This document shows positions 1 through 12,813 of a stretch of 64,000 bases of DNA, piece after piece. The stretch comes from a virus. Its lineage: Duplodnaviria; Caudoviricetes. The notes beneath the pieces were generated by a model. The model was not told the DNA's origin. It saw only the letters and a program-made list of their open reading frames with translations, and searched no databases. Made by a program: the position numbers and the translations under genes. Where the stretch lies: positions 160,001 through 224,000 of IMG/VR virus record IMGVR_UViG_3300021254_000021. One strand, written 5' to 3'. Positions within the stretch are counted from its first letter, which is position 1; the number at the start of each line of letters is the position of its first letter.

Positions 1-65
1 GCATTGCTAAGGATTTAGGGTTTGTAATATGTGAAGAAAATGATAAAACACTTACATTTAAGTGT

Positions 66-992
66 TTGAATTTTCCTTTAATCGGTGAGCTAGACCTTAA
101 TAAGAAAGCGAAAAATTTATCTCTATTTTTCGATCTTAATCCATATTCTTTAGTTATAAATGGAGAAGAGAGAAGTAGAGAATATACGATTACTGCATTT
201 AAGTGTGACTTGAAGCATCGTGTAGCAGAGTTTGTATTTCTACATTATGTTGATTTACAGAAACAATTAATATCTTTACAGAAAGCATATTTAGGGTTTA
301 GTATACAAAGTATGTATATGAATCATGTAGACACAAAGTTTGTATTAGATTTTAATGGTATGTTTAATAAAGCAGAGTTGCTATTAAACAATATACATAT
401 ACATCTAAGTAACCTTATAGGAACATCTTATTTTAGCAATTCAGTTTATAGCTTAACAAGTAATTTTAGATGTGTACCAAAAGTATCATCTGATGGTTCA
501 TCACACAGCAATATAACATTATGTGTAAATGTTATTCCTGTTGTTGAAAAGTTAGAAAATAGAAAATGCTTTGATGCTGTTCATTCTTTTGTGAAAGAAA
601 GACTAAAAGAACAGTATAAGGAATATTCATTAAAGGATTTAGAAAACAGAAAAGCGAATATTTCTTCCACAGATACTAGGTGTGTTTCATTTCCAGATAC
701 ACTTATTCTTAATGAAACGACATTTAAAAATGTATTTCCAGACAGGCTTTTACCTGAATGGAGTTTAATGTGGGGTATGTGTTCTATATATATTACTGAA
801 GATATATCAGATGGTCATATATTATTTATTAGTTCTTCTGATGATATGCGAAACCCTATCTGCATTGATAAAGAAAATAATAGGTATTATGTAAATGAAA
901 CAAGTAGAGATATTCTCGCTTTTAATGTTTCTATTAAAAGTAAAGATGAATTAGTTATTGATCAGAAACTAGTAGAAAATAATAAAAACTGA
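66..992 (+). CDS. hypothetical protein
   Basis: 308-aa ORF; no motif recognised; start uncertain. Confidence 0.6.
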   Translation: MNFPLIGELDLNKKAKNLSLFFDLNPYSLVINGEERSREYTITAFKCDLKHRVAEFVFLHYVDLQKQLISLQKAYLGFSIQSMYMNHVDTKFVLDFNGMFNKAELLLNNIHIHLSNLIGTSYFSNSVYSLTSNFRCVPKVSSDGSSHSNITLCVNVIPVVEKLENRKCFDAVHSFVKERLKEQYKEYSLKDLENRKANISSTDTRCVSFPDTLILNETTFKNVFPDRLLPEWSLMWGMCSIYITEDISDGHILFISSSDDMRNPICIDKENNRYYVNETSRDILAFNVSIKSKDELVIDQKLVENNKN

Positions 993-1104
993 TTGTAAAA
1001 ATCGGAACTAAGCTGTATTTAGAATAAAGAGAACCTGTTTGGTTCTCTTTTTGTTACTGGATGGTATTCCAGACTCCCGTTGGAGACTCACATTTGAGGT
1101 AAGT

Positions 1105-2325
1105 ATGCGTGTTGCAGTAAAGAACATGAGTGGTGTATTTATACATTCCACCACTCCACGAAAAGCTAGGCTTCTTCTAAAAGAGAAGAAAGCTGTCATA
1201 GAATCAAACAATCCTTTCACTATTCGTCTTTTGTTTTCTAAAAGTGAATGTGGATTAAAGGATTCTGAATCATTAAACAGACTTAACGCAGGCTTATTGT
1301 CTGAAAAGGATAACACTATGTGTGATGATAGAAAAGAAATAGAAGAATTGCACAATGCTTATGGCGACTACATACAACCAAGTCTAAATGTTATAATGGC
1401 TAATCCTAAGAACAAAAGGATAAAATGGTGTAGTAAAGATAGCAATTCTGCAAACGGTGAGAATAGTTCTGAATCATTTGTACAAACCTTATATGATGCT
1501 TGCACCATGTTATATCAGCAAACAGATGGCCGATATTATGGTAACTTTGTACATATTGGTAAAAGAGGATTTGAGCTTTTACAAAGACTTGACCCTAAAA
1601 GATTCTGGAAAATGGATAATTGGGTAGGAATTGATGATGCTATAAAAGTACACTATATCGCGACTATGCCAGAAAACAATTTTATTGTAAGTATAAATAA
1701 TAATTATTTTAAGGATCGTGATAAATTCATTGTGGGGTCTATAGTGGATGAAGAATGTTCTGAGAAAAGTGAATCAGAGGAAGCTATTAAACAACAGGAA
1801 CAGTCAGACAATAATAAGTCTGAAAAGGAAAGCATTATGAGTAATGAAATACATATCCCCAAAACACATCTTATTTTTGGTGCAGTAGGATGTGGTAAAA
1901 CTACGCTATTAGCTAAACTGGTTAGAGATAGGCTAAATAATGGTGAACAAGTTGCACGTGTTTTATATAATAAAAATAAAGACGTACACTCTAAACTATT
2001 TCATTCAGAGAATGGAGGGTATTGTACTTTGATTGAATTTCATGGGAAAGACGCATATTCACCAGTTGAAGCAAGTTATCATCTGATGAAAGCGTGTGAA
2101 TTTCCAGCTTCTATTACAACAATAGTGTTAGATGATATTAATAAATTTTTAATACACGGTGATTACGATCCTCAGGAATATTTCCGTGAGTTCTCTAGGG
2201 TATGTCGTGAGAACAATATAGATTTCATCTGTACTTTAGGTGCTGATTCAGATAAAAATGAGGTCTATCACAAACTTCCAGAAATCTATGAACGATTCTC
2301 TGATATTATAACTGTTTTGAAATAG
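1105..2325 (+). CDS. RRXRR/PLMP-domain protein fused to a C-terminal P-loop NTPase
   Basis: ATG 1105 preceded by GAGGT; N-terminus TTPRKARLLLKEKKAVIESNNPFTIRL resembles the RRXRR/PLMP domain of IscB; Walker A GAVGCGKT and Walker B-like IVLDD. Confidence 0.7.
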   Translation: MRVAVKNMSGVFIHSTTPRKARLLLKEKKAVIESNNPFTIRLLFSKSECGLKDSESLNRLNAGLLSEKDNTMCDDRKEIEELHNAYGDYIQPSLNVIMANPKNKRIKWCSKDSNSANGENSSESFVQTLYDACTMLYQQTDGRYYGNFVHIGKRGFELLQRLDPKRFWKMDNWVGIDDAIKVHYIATMPENNFIVSINNNYFKDRDKFIVGSIVDEECSEKSESEEAIKQQEQSDNNKSEKESIMSNEIHIPKTHLIFGAVGCGKTTLLAKLVRDRLNNGEQVARVLYNKNKDVHSKLFHSENGGYCTLIEFHGKDAYSPVEASYHLMKACEFPASITTIVLDDINKFLIHGDYDPQEYFREFSRVCRENNIDFICTLGADSDKNEVYHKLPEIYERFSDIITVLK

Positions 2326-2394
2326 TGCTTATAAGGGAGATTCATTTGTTAGGAATCTCCCTGTAACCAACTTTAAGAAATAAGGAACACTATT

Positions 2395-5300
2395 ATGAGA
2401 TGGAATTACACAGTTTTCTCTGAATACCCGCAAAAACGAGCGCTTTGTTTCGTCGAAATAGGTATTAATCATTATAAATTATTATGGTTTCAGAAGGAGG
2501 ATAAATGGTGGTATGACTATGATACATACAAACCTTATGCAGAGAGTACCGAACATTTAAAGTGGGTGTACTTAGACGACATCTTAGAAAACATTGATAT
2601 ATAACCAACAAACTACAAAGGAGAACAAACAATGACAGAGAAACATACACTAACAGTCATCATTAATGTATTTGATGAGAAGTATTGCGACGTTTATTTC
2701 TTCACACCAGAACATAAGAAATGGTGTGCAAATTTAATGTGCAGTAATACCTTCACATCTTTTGTAATAGACTCAATGTACTATCCTCTGTTTAACACAA
2801 AGCATGACAACCCAGAAAGAGATTTAAAAAGTCTGGTTAGAATATATTTAAATGCTCAGTTTAGTAGAGTTCACGATATGAGCATTCATTCATACTTTGA
2901 CTTCCCACAGTCTTATTCTTTAGAGCCTGCATTTGATATAGATGACTGCGTGATGGATGAAGTCTATGTTTGCGAGTACCGTATTGGGAAATTGTATAAC
3001 CTAGATTCATTCTATAACAGAATACCAAGCCTATATAGAGCAGATGAGCTTGTTTGTGATGAGGACTGTACTTTTCATCTTTTACAAGAGAATTTAGACG
3101 ATGTAATTTCTACGGTGAAACGATGTGGAGATGGGTTAGAAACTTTTGCAGAATTGTCATTATATGCAGTCAAAGATGATAGAGGAATTGAAGTATGTCC
3201 ATTCTCAGTCGGCAATAAAGATTACTTTGTACAAAAGGCTAGAGAATATGCAAATGATAAAAATTACTTAACACATAAAACCTATGTTTATGAATATAAA
3301 AATGGTAAAACAAACAAAATATATGGATGTTGTAAATTTAATGAGGCTAGTAATGTAGTGGCACTTAATTTAGAAAAAGAGGATGATTGTAACAAAGAAG
3401 ATAATTCAATGCAATGTTGTGCAGATAAAGATAAGAGAGATACTATAAATAAGAGATATGAGGCTTTTAGAGCAGACAACTTTAATCTTACGGTAGATGA
3501 TGTAGAGGTTCTAAGTAGCTATTGTACAGAGGTGTTTGTGTCATATCAAAAAGGAAAAATCATTGTAAAAGCTAAATTTTATTGTAACAAGGCTACACGG
3601 AATGTTAGCACCAGTAATGCCTTTAATATTGGCTCAAAGCATAGCTTGTATTTAACAGCCTTTAATGATGATCTTAACGAGCATGAAGAATTATTATCGT
3701 TGACAACATGCGTCCTAACAAAGAAATCATATTGTTTAAATAAAAAAGGAGTAGACGATCCTTTAGAGTTTGAATTAGTATTTGAAGCAGAGTAGGAAAA
3801 TATACAATGAGTGCAAATCATAAACCTAGTGACATTGAACGCATGAAGGGAAAGGCTTATGATCTTTTCTACAGAATGCATGTTTGTCGTCTCATAACAA
3901 GTCAAGCAATGGAACTGCATAAGTTATTCTGTAATAAAGAAAGGTATGATACTTTTAGAATGACAGAAATAGAGGGTTATCAAAAATTACTAAACAAAGT
4001 GTGGATGAAATTAAGAGAAAAAGAGGATCTTCTTATTCAAGAGATGATAGACTTAGATTTTAACAGTTTGGATATTCAATCTGTTATGTCTTATGCAGAA
4101 CCTAAATATACTGATGATTATGCTATAATGGAAACGTATGGCATAGTCATACGTGATTTTGAAGGTAATGAACGCAGAATAAACTCTCTAAGATGGTGAG
4201 GGTGGCGCTAATATAGGTAGGTGACTATATGATATGGTGGCATTTGATTGAGACGGGGCATAGACCCAAGCATGGTGCATCTGTAATTTGCTTATTCTTT
4301 AATGGAGATGCAATAGAATGTCATTATGATAGGTCTGATGATACGTTCATTCCATACGATCAAGAGTGGGATATGTATCCGTTTGACGCAACAGAGTTTA
4401 AAGCATGGTGTTTCAGCCCTTCTATTTGTTCTGATCTTTTTCTTTATTGTGCAAGTGCAGACTTCTTGGAGTTCTCAGAGACACATACGTTTCCACCGTT
4501 AAAAAAGAAAACACATACAAGACAGTGTGCAGATGACTTTAGTCTTATAGCAAGAGAATTAAATTCAAAAGAGATTAGACAGTGCAGTAGGATTATCCTT
4601 GAATCAAATACAAAACATTTTGGTCTTAAATGTTTAAGTTTTGAGTTTGAGTGTCAAAGATATTTCATTGATAAGAATTGGTCTAATCCACATGATCACA
4701 ATAGTGTTTATGCTGAACTTTCTTTAACACCAGAAACATTAGAGTGGTTTAATACAAACAAATCTAAATCAAATTATTCTAAACTAACTTTGTTTGTTCG
4801 TATTAAATTTTGTGATTCTGAACATAATGTACTTTCCTCTTTCAGAGTACAGTTTCTTCGTACTATTTATAATAGACGTTGTTGCTTGCCAAATAATAGA
4901 CCTTTTAAATGTATAGCAAATGACAAATTTGTGGTGCAGTTTCGTTTGATTTAGGTGACAGGTTATGGACACTAGAGAAGATACTTTTAATTTCATGGTT
5001 GGGCAAATAAGAAACTTTATTATTCATTGTCTAGGTTTCCAACCAGATGATATGACAGGCGGTGAGTTTAATAATCGTTTCATTTGGGAAACAAGTAATT
5101 CAGAGTTTGAAATAATCGCTTATTATGGTTGCCCTAGGGATGAAAAACCATATTACTTTGACTATTATTTAACAATAGATGGACAAAGAACAAGTGGTAC
5201 GTATTCTTTTGGTACACAGCTAACTTGTGAAGATGAGAATGCAATAGCAAAAATAATCCAACCATTTAAAAAATCCGTTGTTAATAAAGCTACTCTAGGT

Positions 5301-8300
5301 GTAACAACCAATATAGAACGATCACCTTACTTCAAATGGTATTACATTATTCAGGCTTTCAAAGATTGCCATTGGCAGGATGTATTATTTAGTCGTGGTG
5401 ACATTTCTACAGCAGAAAAGAAAGCAAGGCATTATCGTAACAAAAATGATTGTGATACCAGAGTAATTGGAGTAAAAGAGAATGTGATCTATTCCTATGA
5501 TTATGAGTTGGTCACAGAGTATAGCAAAAAGGAGGAAAATTTATGAAGTATCTTGACAAAATGGATCATGCAAACATAGCTATGCAATATTGGGAAACTT
5601 CAATGAAAATTGATAGAGTGAAGTCTGTATTAAAGAAATTAAAAAAAGAATTAAAAGGTTATGAGAATGCTATAAGGGCAATAGAAGATAGAAATGACGG
5701 ACAACCAAAACATTGGTACATGTTCAGGAAACTGAATTGAATTAAGGAGATACCTATATGAATATGCACATTATAAAGAACGAAATAACATCTCTGTTAC
5801 TAAGAACTGTTGATAGATTTAATACTATTAGAACACAATTAAAACACATAAGGAATATTGAAGATAAAAACAATGTTTCTGGATGTTTAGACTTGGTAGA
5901 TGATTTTATTGAAATTAATATAGAATATGAAAAAGAGGATTTTAACAGATTACTTGAATCTTTAGAAGAAACAGAGATTCAAGAAAAGAATTTAGTCTAT
6001 AAGTACTTCTTGATAACGATTAGAGACAATGATTTTTATAGGTCACTAAGTACACTAGGTGACATCTTTGTTAGGACTTTGGGTTATGAGTTTACGTCCG
6101 ATAGATTTGACTTTGAGAAATTTAAAACCTCTCTACCAGACCTAGTTTGTTCCATATTTTCTATTTGTCAGAGTGGACATTCAGATTATGTTCGTAAACA
6201 TTTGAAAATATGCTATACCCCAGAAGAAATAAAGGATTTTATACAGAAGTACGGAATGTGTGCTTGTGAAGATTACGAGAACCCGTTGTTCAAAGATGAT
6301 CCTGTGTTTGCAGATGTCGTTCATTGTGACTGTGATGCTGAAGCATTAATCATTAAACTGGTATATGATAAAGAGAATAATGAGTATATAGAAGAAAAGA
6401 GTGATTGGCTTGTTATTTAACATGTGCTTTGGAGGACATTTATGAAGAAGCGGAAAATAACTGTTAAAAAATTAAACGTGAAAGAATGTTTGCAAAGAGC
6501 AAACAGAAATAGAGATAATTTCCTGAGCCTTTACGATGCTGTTAAGCAACTGGTCGATGACGTAAAGTATAACCATTACCCATATCCTAAATCATTATAA
6601 AGTTCACGGTTACAGGAGTATTCGTTATGGATAAAGATTTAACAGATTTTTTCTCAGATTCAGAAATTAAATATAACAAACCCCTTTCCAAAGTAGAGAA
6701 CTTATTATGGCATAAGAAATATAGAGTCCGCAGGAAGAATCTGAAGCGTATTGATCCACATAAATTCTCTATTGGTGATGAGATTTATTATTACACTTTT
6801 TATTTGTTTACTAATTACTCATTAATAAATAATGAATCTGATTATTATGAGGATGATGTGGCTTATAAAAAGTATTTTTCTACTAAACGATGTAGAACAT
6901 GTTATGGCCCAGCAATGGATGTAACATGGGGAAACTACATAATAAGTGGTAGAAAATTTCGTAATTATGTAGCATTGTTTGATCCTTATAAAGGATGTGT
7001 CGCATATTTCACTAAATTCAAATCAGCATTAAACTTCGTGAATCGTTATTGTTCTGTAAACGATGAGTTTTATGACTATTTTATTATAGCAACAAAAAAT
7101 AGTGTATTTAGAGTTTGGAATCAATACTGATTCTATTTTAGGAGTACTTATGAAATGGAAAGATTTTAGAGCATGGATGAACGAATACTTTGATGATGAA
7201 GATGATATTCGCATCACTGTTGCAAACGAATATTCAGAGCTTAATGATGATATTAAAGATATTTATCCTGTTATCACTATTATTACACCAGAAGAATCAG
7301 AGGATGATGGAGGTTATCCTATTTTTGTAGCATCCGATCTAGAAGAAAGAGAAGAAGGTTACTTTGCTTGGTCACATGAGGACATAATAAACTTTGTTAA
7401 AAACAAATAAGGAGAACAAACTATGACACAAATTAAAATTAACTCTGTTAATACCACTCATGGAAACATTGAATTTGAAAAATCTGATAATCCAGTTATA
7501 TCAGACTTCATACAACAAAGTAGAGAGCAACCAAATTACAAGTATATTGTTCAGATAATCCCAGATTATAATTCTTCTGTTATTGTGAAGGATTGGCGAG
7601 ATTATAAGGAATGTCTATGTTACGAGGGTGCAGAAAAATGTATAAAAGAAATTGTAGATGATCCGAGACAGCATAAAGCTAAGAGAGTTAGGATTGTTGT
7701 TGAATACATAGACTCTTCTTTAGAGGAGTATATTAAAGATCATACTGATAAGAAAGGAAACCTTAAACCTAAATCAGTTACACTATCTCCAGAACATATA
7801 GGTAAAACAATAACTTGTGCAGGATGTAAGGATACTATTCCTTATGGAAAACCTTTTGCATATTATGGTCAATCAGCATATTGTTCTAAGAAGTGTTGTG
7901 TAGATCATATCTGGGATGGGGATAATAATAGATTATTTGATGTAAGTCCTGATAAAAGTCTTGAAGAATATGATAGAGAGTTTTTAAGGTATTATTCACA
8001 TGAATAGTTATGAAAGACATAAACAATCGGTAGAACAACAACTCTACTTGTATTATTCTACCAAAGAAATATTTGGAAAACCTGTGAAAAGCAGGCTGTT
8101 TAAAAAGTGGCATCATCGTTATATGCGAGAAAGAGATAGAGACATTAAACGCCTTGGAAAACAGAATCAAAAAGAGAATAAAATATACTTTGGTAGAGTT
8201 GTTTACACCTATTGCTTTCAGCAGTGTGGTGATAGTAAGTTAGCATTTACGTGTAAGCCTAGATGTAGGCATTCACATCCTTTTCCACTCAATTATGCTA

Positions 8301-8629
8301 TTGAGGAAATGAGAGGTTTTTATGAAACACAAGGTTGTTTATAATGATTGACTAAGCAGTTTATAGCTCAAAAGAGACTAGAAGCTAATGAGAAAACAAT
8401 AAATGATAGTACCAAGATCTTTTATGTCATGGGTGCTCTGAGATATTTTTTAAAAAGGCATGACCCAGATTTGATTGCCGTTGTAGAAGCTCTAGGTAAA
8501 GATGTTAATGGTACTTTCTCTGACTTAGCTATTGGAGAGATAGACGGAGATAAGTATTATATAGAAGAGTATGATGGTAGAGAAACAGTTGTAACTCCAG
8601 AGGATATTTGTTGGACAGTTATATCATAG
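2395..8629 (+). other. run of closely packed small hypothetical phage genes (2395, 2632, 3807, 4229, 4965, 5543, 5758, 6442, 6627, 7151, 7423, 8000, 8348)
   Basis: co-oriented ORFs, mostly with AGGAG/GAGG-type SD and short gaps; 6442..6600 (52 aa, GGAGG SD) is below the ORF-track cutoff. Confidence 0.7.
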
Positions 8630-8642
8630 GTACAATCATTTT

Positions 8643-9176
8643 ATGTCTAAAACATTCTTTATTGCAGATACACATTTTAATCACGAACGCATAATTTCTA
8701 TCTGCGAGCGTCCATTCTCAGATGTAGAAGAAATGAACAAAACATTAATAGAGAATTGGAATAGCATTGTTGAAGACGAAGACATTGTGTGGGTTTTAGG
8801 CGACTATTTTTATTTTCCAGAACCACTAAAAAGCAGTGTACCACTGTTAGTATGCAGAGAAATTACAAATAATCTTAAAGGAATAAAAAACCTAATTATA
8901 GGAAATCACGACACACAAGATCCTGAATACTATAAATCATCTGGATTTGAATTTGTCTCACCATATCCGATTATTTATGACGATTTCTTTATCCTATCAC
9001 ACGAACCACTACTTCTATCTAATACTACTCCATACTTTAATTTATACGGACATGTTCATAGTGATCCCAGATTTGGAGACACTTCAACTTCAAAATGTGT
9101 TTCAGTTGAGAGAATCAACTACACTCCAGTTTCATTAGAAAAAATAAAGTTTGAAATTGAAACATGGATATTTTAA
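8643..9176 (+). CDS. calcineurin-like metallophosphoesterase
   Basis: motifs ADTHFNH, LGD, GNHD, LSHEP, YGHVH. Confidence 0.9.
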   Translation: MSKTFFIADTHFNHERIISICERPFSDVEEMNKTLIENWNSIVEDEDIVWVLGDYFYFPEPLKSSVPLLVCREITNNLKGIKNLIIGNHDTQDPEYYKSSGFEFVSPYPIIYDDFFILSHEPLLLSNTTPYFNLYGHVHSDPRFGDTSTSKCVSVERINYTPVSLEKIKFEIETWIF

Positions 9177-9202
9177 CCAACAAACAAAGGAGATAATTAA
9201 TA

Positions 9203-10743
9203 ATGAGTGGTGGACATTTTGATTATCAGGATAATCGCATTGATGACATGATGGATATAATTAAGCATGATATTAAATACAATGATGTAGAATGGAATTA
9301 TAATACTGAGACTGGTGAATCTGTAGAAGATTATGGGTTTCAGCATTCTAAAGAAACCATAGCTATTTTAAAGAAATTGCTGAAAGATATGAAGAAAGTA
9401 ATGAATGTTTTACACGCATACGACTGGTATGTATCAGGAGATACCTGTGAGGAAACATTCTTAAAAGAAGCTAGTAAGTATTACAAAACAATATAAAGGA
9501 ATCATCCATGAGTCTAGAATATCTCAAGTGGAATATTACTAAAGAGAGTGGACGACCCGTTATCTTGGATGAAGATAAACCAGACAAAGAAACAAGAAAA
9601 TTATGTCTGGTTAAAATGACAAACACAGAAGATTTAAAGAATCTGTGTAATGTTACAGAGTTTGAAAGTGTAGAACATAAGCTAGGATCAAACATCCGTA
9701 TCCTTTGTTACGATGCTGAATACGAAGCATGGTTTGATGAGTCCGATGAGAATATTGGAGATTTCTACTCTGTCTATGCTTGGTATCCGCTGTCCTATAT
9801 TACAGATTACTTAGACGGCAAACCTGAACCAATGAATTGTTGGGAGTTTGGTTGGTTTACAGCAAAGCGTTCAATCCCTGCATTAGCTAAGTGGATAGAG
9901 AAAGGTGTTAGTTATCATCCTTCAATGTCACCAGACGCATGGAAAGAAATTCTAACAAAGATAAAACAAGGATTTGAAGTCTCTTTGTCTGATTTAGGTG
10001 GAGATTTAGATGATATTGTTAATCTGGATGAAAGAAAGCGTATATTAGAAGAGCATGATGCTATACGCAAAGAAGCATTTGCACTTATGGCAGAGTATTA
10101 CTTAGATTTGTGGGATTAAGAAGCAAGACTTAAAGGAGGATTTATGGTACAGAATAACTCTGAAAAATGTGAGCTTAACAATAAGGATTATGAGTGTTAT
10201 AGAACAAATCATTTTGAAGTTAGCCTAACAGATTATGATAATGGTTTAAGAGAAGTAGAAGAATTAAGACTAGCAACAACTAAAGCAAAACTGGATAAGT
10301 TTTCTGGTGATCTTACACTCTATGTCTATGCCACTAGATCTGTTTTAGAATATATGGAATCTCTGCATAAAAATCACCTATTTCATGTCAAATACACTCT
10401 ATACAGTCCTGATGCTGAACACAATTTTGTTGTTTTAAACAGGATGATGAAGCTAACTGAAATCTCATTTGAATCTTATTCTAAATCGAGTGACGGAGCT
10501 TTAGTGAGATTAAATTTTTGTTATGTTTAAAGGATGTATGAGATGTGTAATAAATTATTTTTAACAAAGGAAACCGTAAGAAAACTAATAGAGAAGCATG
10601 TGAGCAACTATATTAATTTCTCTATTGTGAACATGCAGTACACAAACTTCGATACACTGGAAGTACTCTTTAAAGTAAAAAATAAAAGTAATAGATTATT
10701 TGCCGTATACTTTAGTCAAAAGGAGATAGAAGGAGAGCTGTAG
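9203..10743 (+). other. hypothetical genes 9203, 9508, 10144, 10534
   Basis: co-oriented ORFs with SD sites; 10144 has weak tail-tube-like features. Confidence 0.65.
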
Positions 10744-10800
10744 AACTCCTTCTATCTACATTTAAGTCATTCCTAGAGTCCTTTTAAAGGAGGTATAGAT

Positions 10801-11760
10801 ATGTCCTATCCGTATAGCTTAGATTTAATTTTTGGTTCTGAGAAAGCTACAGTAGACCCTTTTGGTAGATTAAGTTTTGGTAGTGGTGGAGATTCCCCTA
10901 CACCTGAACCTACGGAATCTTATTGGAGAACATCATCTTTTAATATTACAAGTATGTTACATGATTATGCGGGGGAGGGTTTAGGTACGTTTAAATCACC
11001 TATAGTTAGGTTTTTTGCTGAAGATTGGCAAGAGTTAAGAAGCTATATTTATTATGTAAAAATATGGTGTTATGATGATGTTGAAGTAGATCCTAGTAGG
11101 TTAGAGCAATATAAAGAATGGTTATCACAATCCACAATATCTATAATCAAGGATGATTCTGATGAAGAGAAAGTAATAATAAATGGGCCGTCTTCTCATA
11201 GTGAGTGGAATGTAGACCAACCCATAGATTCTTTAGGGTTTTTCCAAGTGGATGTAAATGCCCCAACTCCATCTGATTTATCCGAATTTTCCCTTTATTT
11301 TATTTTAGCGGATGAAAACGGAGTACTAGACCCTATGGATGGTGAGAGTATGTCTATGCTTCAGATAGAAGATCCCGTATCGTTTACCCCTACTCAAATC
11401 TCTAATAAAGAAGTGGTCTCTTGTTATTATAAAGTAGATATTCTTTCTGGTAATGATATGGATACCTATTTACAATCAGCTACACTCTCTTCTTTTGGTG
11501 TAGGTGGTTCTAATGAAGTATCATCCACAGAATCCGATATTATTGGTAATTTAGATTTTCCAGATGGAGAAGATACTAATGGTAAATTAGAGTCTTTAGA
11601 TTTAATAAATTCGTTTGACGTAGATATGTATGAAAACTTTGAGAGTGAGAATATTGTAGCTAAACTACGTTTTACTTTAGTAATAGATGGTGATGTAACA
11701 CCTTTCCCACCATTCTTTACTGTAGACGAAGAAGCATTAACTTTTGAAAAAGTTGAATAA
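10801..11760 (+). CDS. acidic hypothetical protein, possibly virion-associated
   Basis: AGGAGG SD; GSGGDSPTPEPT linker followed by an acidic domain. Confidence 0.55.
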   Translation: MSYPYSLDLIFGSEKATVDPFGRLSFGSGGDSPTPEPTESYWRTSSFNITSMLHDYAGEGLGTFKSPIVRFFAEDWQELRSYIYYVKIWCYDDVEVDPSRLEQYKEWLSQSTISIIKDDSDEEKVIINGPSSHSEWNVDQPIDSLGFFQVDVNAPTPSDLSEFSLYFILADENGVLDPMDGESMSMLQIEDPVSFTPTQISNKEVVSCYYKVDILSGNDMDTYLQSATLSSFGVGGSNEVSSTESDIIGNLDFPDGEDTNGKLESLDLINSFDVDMYENFESENIVAKLRFTLVIDGDVTPFPPFFTVDEEALTFEKVE

Positions 11761-11842
11761 AATGGAGTAAAAGCTAGGACTACTAATATTTCTTGGGATA
11801 ACTATTTTATGTCCATAGTAGTCTTATGAAAGGATTGGGATT

Positions 11843-12271
11843 ATGAGCAAGGTACGATCTAAGATTAACTATGATGAAGAGAGCAAAACTTTTCTGGATG
11901 CTTCTGCGCCGAAAGAATCACAGACGTTTGAGGCTAAAAAAGAGTTGGTAAAAGAGATGGTATCTTTATTATCAGAGTTTAGAGATACCTTGCCGCCCAT
12001 ATCACAGAAATATCACAAGGCTTTAACATCCATTATACTGTCTCTGAATACCTATATAAATTATGAGGAAACACATACAGGGATATGGAATGGTTTTGAG
12101 CATTTGTGTATGGCTCATACACATTATTCTTATTTGATGTATTGTACACATCCTAAGAATCCAAAGAGGGATTCAAAGATACAGGTTAGTCTTTATGAGT
12201 TTTTAAAAGAGTTAAACCGTCTTTGGGTCATTCTGCTTAGTCAGTATCTTGATTATTCATCCAAGCACTAA
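11843..12271 (+). CDS. hypothetical protein
   Basis: 142-aa ORF. Confidence 0.6.
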   Translation: MSKVRSKINYDEESKTFLDASAPKESQTFEAKKELVKEMVSLLSEFRDTLPPISQKYHKALTSIILSLNTYINYEETHTGIWNGFEHLCMAHTHYSYLMYCTHPKNPKRDSKIQVSLYEFLKELNRLWVILLSQYLDYSSKH

Positions 12272-12285
12272 TGGGGTGTAGAAAT

Positions 12286-12810
12286 ATGCTTAAATTAAAG
12301 AGGGTATGTGAAGCAAAGCAGGTAGGTGACATCTACCATTATTGCACATTACAAATAGCTGTGAAATATATCATTCCTAATGATACTTTATCACCTTCTG
12401 GCAAGTGGCCAAACCGTTTAATCGGTTCATCCAATGTATTATCTTTTACTAGGGACAAGCGATATATTGTTGATATTCTTAGAAAAGATCCCATTCTTGT
12501 ACAGTTTAAGGTAGATGGTGACAAGGTATCGGAGAATCATAAAGTCTTTCCTTATAATGATTATTATGATCCTGATTATGATGTTCCCGAGTATGAAGAA
12601 GAATTGGAAAAAGAGGAAGTTGTAGTTGGCAAACTTTCCCCATTCTCAAACTTCATTAAGTCGATTAAGGTTATTTTAAACAAGCCTGTAAAAGATTTAA
12701 ACCCTCTATACATTCAGTCTATGCTTGAGGATATAGAGGATTATGCACAGTCTCATTCGATACCTTTAGAGATGGATAAGGAATTAAGAGAGATATTAGA
12801 GGAGGGGTAA
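12286..12810 (+). CDS. hypothetical protein with basic-Glu leader; paralogue of 20694
   Basis: MLKLKRVCEAKQVGDIYH...SFTRDK...VDGDKVSENHKVFPYND is nearly matched in 20694. Confidence 0.75.
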   Translation: MLKLKRVCEAKQVGDIYHYCTLQIAVKYIIPNDTLSPSGKWPNRLIGSSNVLSFTRDKRYIVDILRKDPILVQFKVDGDKVSENHKVFPYNDYYDPDYDVPEYEEELEKEEVVVGKLSPFSNFIKSIKVILNKPVKDLNPLYIQSMLEDIEDYAQSHSIPLEMDKELREILEEG

Positions 12811-12813
12811 TTT

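Noticed and set aside
1105-2325. IscB/IsrB nuclease
   Set aside because: Only the PLMP-like N-terminus is present; no RuvC or HNH motifs and no recognisable omega-RNA-sized leader
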